Shown here piece after piece: positions 29,189 through 32,000 of a DNA stretch of 32,000 nt; position 1 is the stretch's first letter; each line of letters starts with the position of its first letter. Below the pieces are notes generated by a model. It was not told the DNA's origin, did no database searches, and was given only the letters and a program-made list of their open reading frames with translations. The position numbers and the translations under genes were made by a program. The DNA comes from Paramicrosporidium saccamoebae KSL3 (lineage: Eukaryota; Fungi; Cryptomycota), in the NCBI GenBank assembly GCA_002794465.1, contig MTSL01000146.1, positions 12,628-44,627 on the forward strand. Reading direction: 5' to 3'.

Positions 29189-29949
29189 ATGCAAACTATC
29201 GCTACTGTCTCTGCGGTCACGGGCGCAATTGCTGCTGGCCTGCTACTCTGTCTGGGAGGCCTAAAGGATCTTGTAGAACCATCACAAATCGCGGGATGCT
29301 GTGATTGGTTTGTCGAATGTGCCACCATCTGGAAGGCATGCATCACATTCAAAGGCAAGAAACTGGTCAAAGCGCTTCGCTATATGTGGAATAATGACGT
29401 CCTCAATGAGGAAACTCAATCAAGCCTCGCATTAAGTGCCATCAGCCGCATGGAACTTGAGCGGCAGGAGGCGCTCTATTGGGCCCTTTTCATCGAGAAT
29501 CCAAAAAATGCATGGATAATGGCTAACTTGCCCAAACCCCCAGATCTCGATAGCGACCTCCCGTGTGGAGATGCTGAGTCTTCTGTGCCTACAGAGAGGG
29601 AAAACACCCAGCGGCCCGTGACTGTTTCATTGAGGACTGATATGTTAAGGGTGCGCATGCAGAATGTCGGTTTTGCGGTTTTCGTCCTCCCGATATAAAA
29701 ATTACTTTGTACGCCATCGGTAAGAAGATGAAGCACATGTATCCATGGCCCCGATGTTGCAGTGCTTGTGGGTATGATGCCGTGAAATTTGGACTGGCGG
29801 AGGGTTCAGCGCTCGTGGTTGCTGGCACAGACAGTGATGCTAAGACCGACAATCAGATCCGTGAAGACAAGCGAGACTGTAACGAAAGACCGACGTCAAG
29901 TCAGTGTAATAATGGTAGTTCAAAAGAACCATTTACTGGGTACAAATAA
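29189..29949 (+). pseudogene. Family B copy 2, internally deleted and frameshifted
   Basis: Lacks 493 bp of copy 1 (junction ttgt at 29271-29274). Has a 1-nt deletion near 29632 (ctggagg vs ttgagg) and TGG>TGA at 29638-29640. Confidence 0.8.
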
Positions 29950-30431
29950 CTGTTATCGTACATTAAGTTTTGCCAAAGGAGCCATTGCAGGCTTTGGTTG
30001 TGAAAATATTGAGAGCCATTCTACAGTACATAACTTGTCAGATGATCCCTTACCAGTATGTATGGCCAAAGTCTGCTTGGGCCCATATTTCAAATGGATG
30101 AATCAAGTAAAATTTCTAGTATTTGAATCACTTTAGATGGGCCGGATTGTGCGGGCCTCGCTTAACCATATATAGAGCAATGGTTAGAAAATATAGGATA
30201 AGTAAAATTCCATTCCCTCAATTCGAAATTTTCGCGTCAGATTTACAATAGCCGCTTGCCAAAAGCGCCGGTTGATTAGATGATACTAGAACTGAGATGA
30301 ATATACTCACCCGATGGCCAATGAGCTTGATGGGATGCAGTCAGTCCTTTCAGCCCGTCATTCAGCTCTTCATATGGGCCTCTGCTTGGTTGTAACGCAA
30401 TTAGCAGAATGGTATTTACGACACACTACAG

Positions 30432-31235
30432 TTAAAGTAGAAGGGAATCTCTTAATGAGTGGCAGCACTGACAGTGTACTCTCGCTGCTAACTCGAACCA
30501 GGCTCTTCTTTCATAGTGATCAAACATGACCACCTTGAGGACTGTCAGGAACAGTTCACCCTCTGGTCCCTCTAGAACACACGTCATTATACCAAGAAAT
30601 TTCCGTGTGCACATCCTTCCATCTAGAAACATCCTGTCCTTCCATAGAAACATTGCCATAAAGCGGAGGCACACTGTGCGCACCTGTCCTGCCAGCACAA
30701 AGCCCATCAGAAAGAATACGATAACGCTGACGCCGAGGAAATAGCCCGCGCAGAGAGATGCAGCCAATAGCGCAAACGGGATGGCATCGGTGACCACGAC
30801 GATGAGCCAGCCCAGCCATTTATTATACTCGTATTCATCGCCAAGAGAAATATATCGGCTCCTCAGACAGTCCACTTCATCGTCCTTGTCATAATAGCCA
30901 AGAATCAAAGAATCGGGCGTTTCCCAGGTCGAAAAGAGAAACCCGAGATGCTTCAAATTATGAAGATCGTTGGACATGAGCTTGTCTCCAGGACGAAACT
31001 TGGCGATCACGAAAGAACGGATACAAAAACGTCTGATGACCCAGGTAAAGAGTGCGTATGAAATAAAGCCAGCCCAGATGGAGGAGTAGATGATCCATCC
31101 CCAGAAAGGATAGCACATGTTAACAATGGTCCATGCCATGAGTAGTAGCAGTAATGCATCGATGATAATACAGAGACAGTTTACCAGTTTTGGGGCAATT
31201 GTGCTTCCCTTGGTGGGCTTGAATGTGAGATACAT
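30432..31235 (-). CDS. Unknown multi-pass membrane protein, family A copy 3
   Basis: Paralog; ATG at 31235; TATAAATA at 31318-31325 on the - strand. Confidence 0.75.
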   Translation of the reverse strand: MYLTFKPTKGSTIAPKLVNCLCIIIDALLLLLMAWTIVNMCYPFWGWIIYSSIWAGFISYALFTWVIRRFCIRSFVIAKFRPGDKLMSNDLHNLKHLGFLFSTWETPDSLILGYYDKDDEVDCLRSRYISLGDEYEYNKWLGWLIVVVTDAIPFALLAASLCAGYFLGVSVIVFFLMGFVLAGQVRTVCLRFMAMFLWKDRMFLDGRMCTRKFLGIMTCVLEGPEGELFLTVLKVVMFDHYERRAWFELAARVHCQCCHSLRDSLLL

Positions 31236-31518
31236 GGCCGAACGGAGAAGCTGATGTGGCTCTTTGCTTGTGTTGTTGTCCAATGGGAGTGACTCCTGAA
31301 TGGTAACGTGGGATGGCTATTTATAAAACAAGGCGGCGATTAGTGCATTAAGTAACAACGATGATGCAATTTTGTGATTCCGTTCATCTAAATTATTATT
31401 GTCTGTATAATACTAGGAAAGTCCTTGAGTGTCGCGGTTAATCCAGGGCATGGCTAAAATTGTACCATTGTAATTTTGTGCCATTGGGAATTTAGATGGG
31501 CTGTGCCATAGGGTGCTA

Positions 31519-31600
31519 ACTAGGCCTGTACCATAGCCAGGACATTCAACTAGGCTTGTAGCATAGCCAGGCCATTCGACTAGGCTTGTGCCATAGCCAG
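31519..31600. repeat. 30-bp tandem repeat x3 (actaggcYtgtNNcatagccag...)
   Basis: Units start at 31519, 31549 and 31579; degenerate gtgccat copies extend leftwards to about 31460. Confidence 0.85.
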
Positions 31601-31651
31601 TTCGAGTCAATTAATGCACTATTGTATAGTAATTGACTAGGACTGGCTATG
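31592..31651. repeat. Inverted repeat / hairpin: 22-bp arms with 2 mismatches, 16-nt loop
   Basis: catagccagttcgagtcaatta (31592-31613) pairs with taattgactaggactggctatg (31630-31651). Confidence 0.85.
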
Positions 31652-32000
31652 CTACATGTATTCTGACTATCTTTCTATTTAGGCCAGCGCATGTAGGGGT
31701 ATGGAACGAGATCAAATAGCCCAGAGAATCATACCACCATTGCGCGTAGCAGAAGTCATAAACACACAGACTAACAGCAAACTAGCGATATACATGCCTC
31801 GTGTTGACCGACGAGTTCTGTTGATCCGCAGTGTTCATCGACTCTTCATTTCTGTTGACCTGATCCTCAATTTGTACTGGCTTTCAGTGTTCGCTGACTC
31901 GCAGCTCCTACTTTAACTTGATACCGGAGGATCATTCTGAGCTTTGTAAGTCCTACTATTGCCTACCTGTATATGAAAAGTCTGTAAGAGGCATGGTATC

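Larger units (their letters stand above)
25018..31412. repeat. Tandem segmental duplication: 2 full and 1 partial copy of a divergent two-gene cassette (units about 3.0 and 2.4 kb)
   Basis: Family-A genes lie at 25018, 28013 and 30432 and family-B genes at 26236 and 29189. Intergenic DNA is also homologous (e.g. gggagtgactcctgaatg in all three copies). Homology of copy 3 ends near 31412. Confidence 0.92.

Noticed and set aside
25018-31412. Array as a transposon or retroelement
   Set aside because: Neither family shows transposase, integrase, reverse transcriptase or Rep/helicase motifs, and no terminal repeats flank the units.
31413-31610. ORF with a 10-aa repeat (GYGTSLVEWP)
   Set aside because: It starts at TTG directly after a TAA with no splice acceptor, and is a by-product of the 30-bp repeat.
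31712-31795. Signal-peptide-like micro-ORF on the - strand (MYIASLLLVCVFMTSA...)
   Set aside because: It is only 27 codons, and I found no 28-35 nt intron linking it to a further exon.

Overview
This is a gene-dense eukaryotic window, not prokaryotic. About 20 intact genes are packed with 18-500 bp spacers. I could reconstruct 22 spliceosomal introns by hand, all 28-35 nt long; two of them are GC-AG. A TIM54 gene, ultra-short introns and extreme compaction point to a reduced early-diverging fungal-lineage genome (Rozellomycota / short-branch microsporidian such as Paramicrosporidium); this assignment is inference. The left end (0.5-2.9 kb) carries secreted-protein genes: a C-type lectin, an M28 peptidase homolog that has lost its zinc ligands, and a stop-interrupted ORF. 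The middle (3-24.5 kb) holds housekeeping genes: an EEP-family hydrolase, V-ATPase c'', mL41, COA6, EFG1, NCL1/TRM4, SEC27, TIM54, PEX14, U1A/U2B'', a Med9-like protein, an SDR, SAM synthetase and NADP-IDH ending in SKL. It also holds two standouts: a head-to-head pair of threonine dehydrogenase and 2-amino-3-ketobutyrate CoA ligase (consecutive enzymes of one pathway, start codons 50 bp apart), and a signal-peptide-bearing AGC-like kinase (effector candidate). The right end (25-31.7 kb) is a tandem array of a divergent two-gene cassette encoding two unknown membrane-protein families. The array shows gene-conversion mosaics, a microhomology deletion and pseudogenisation, and it ends at a repeat-plus-hairpin junction. 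All calls come from motif recognition and manual splicing; no database searches were run.
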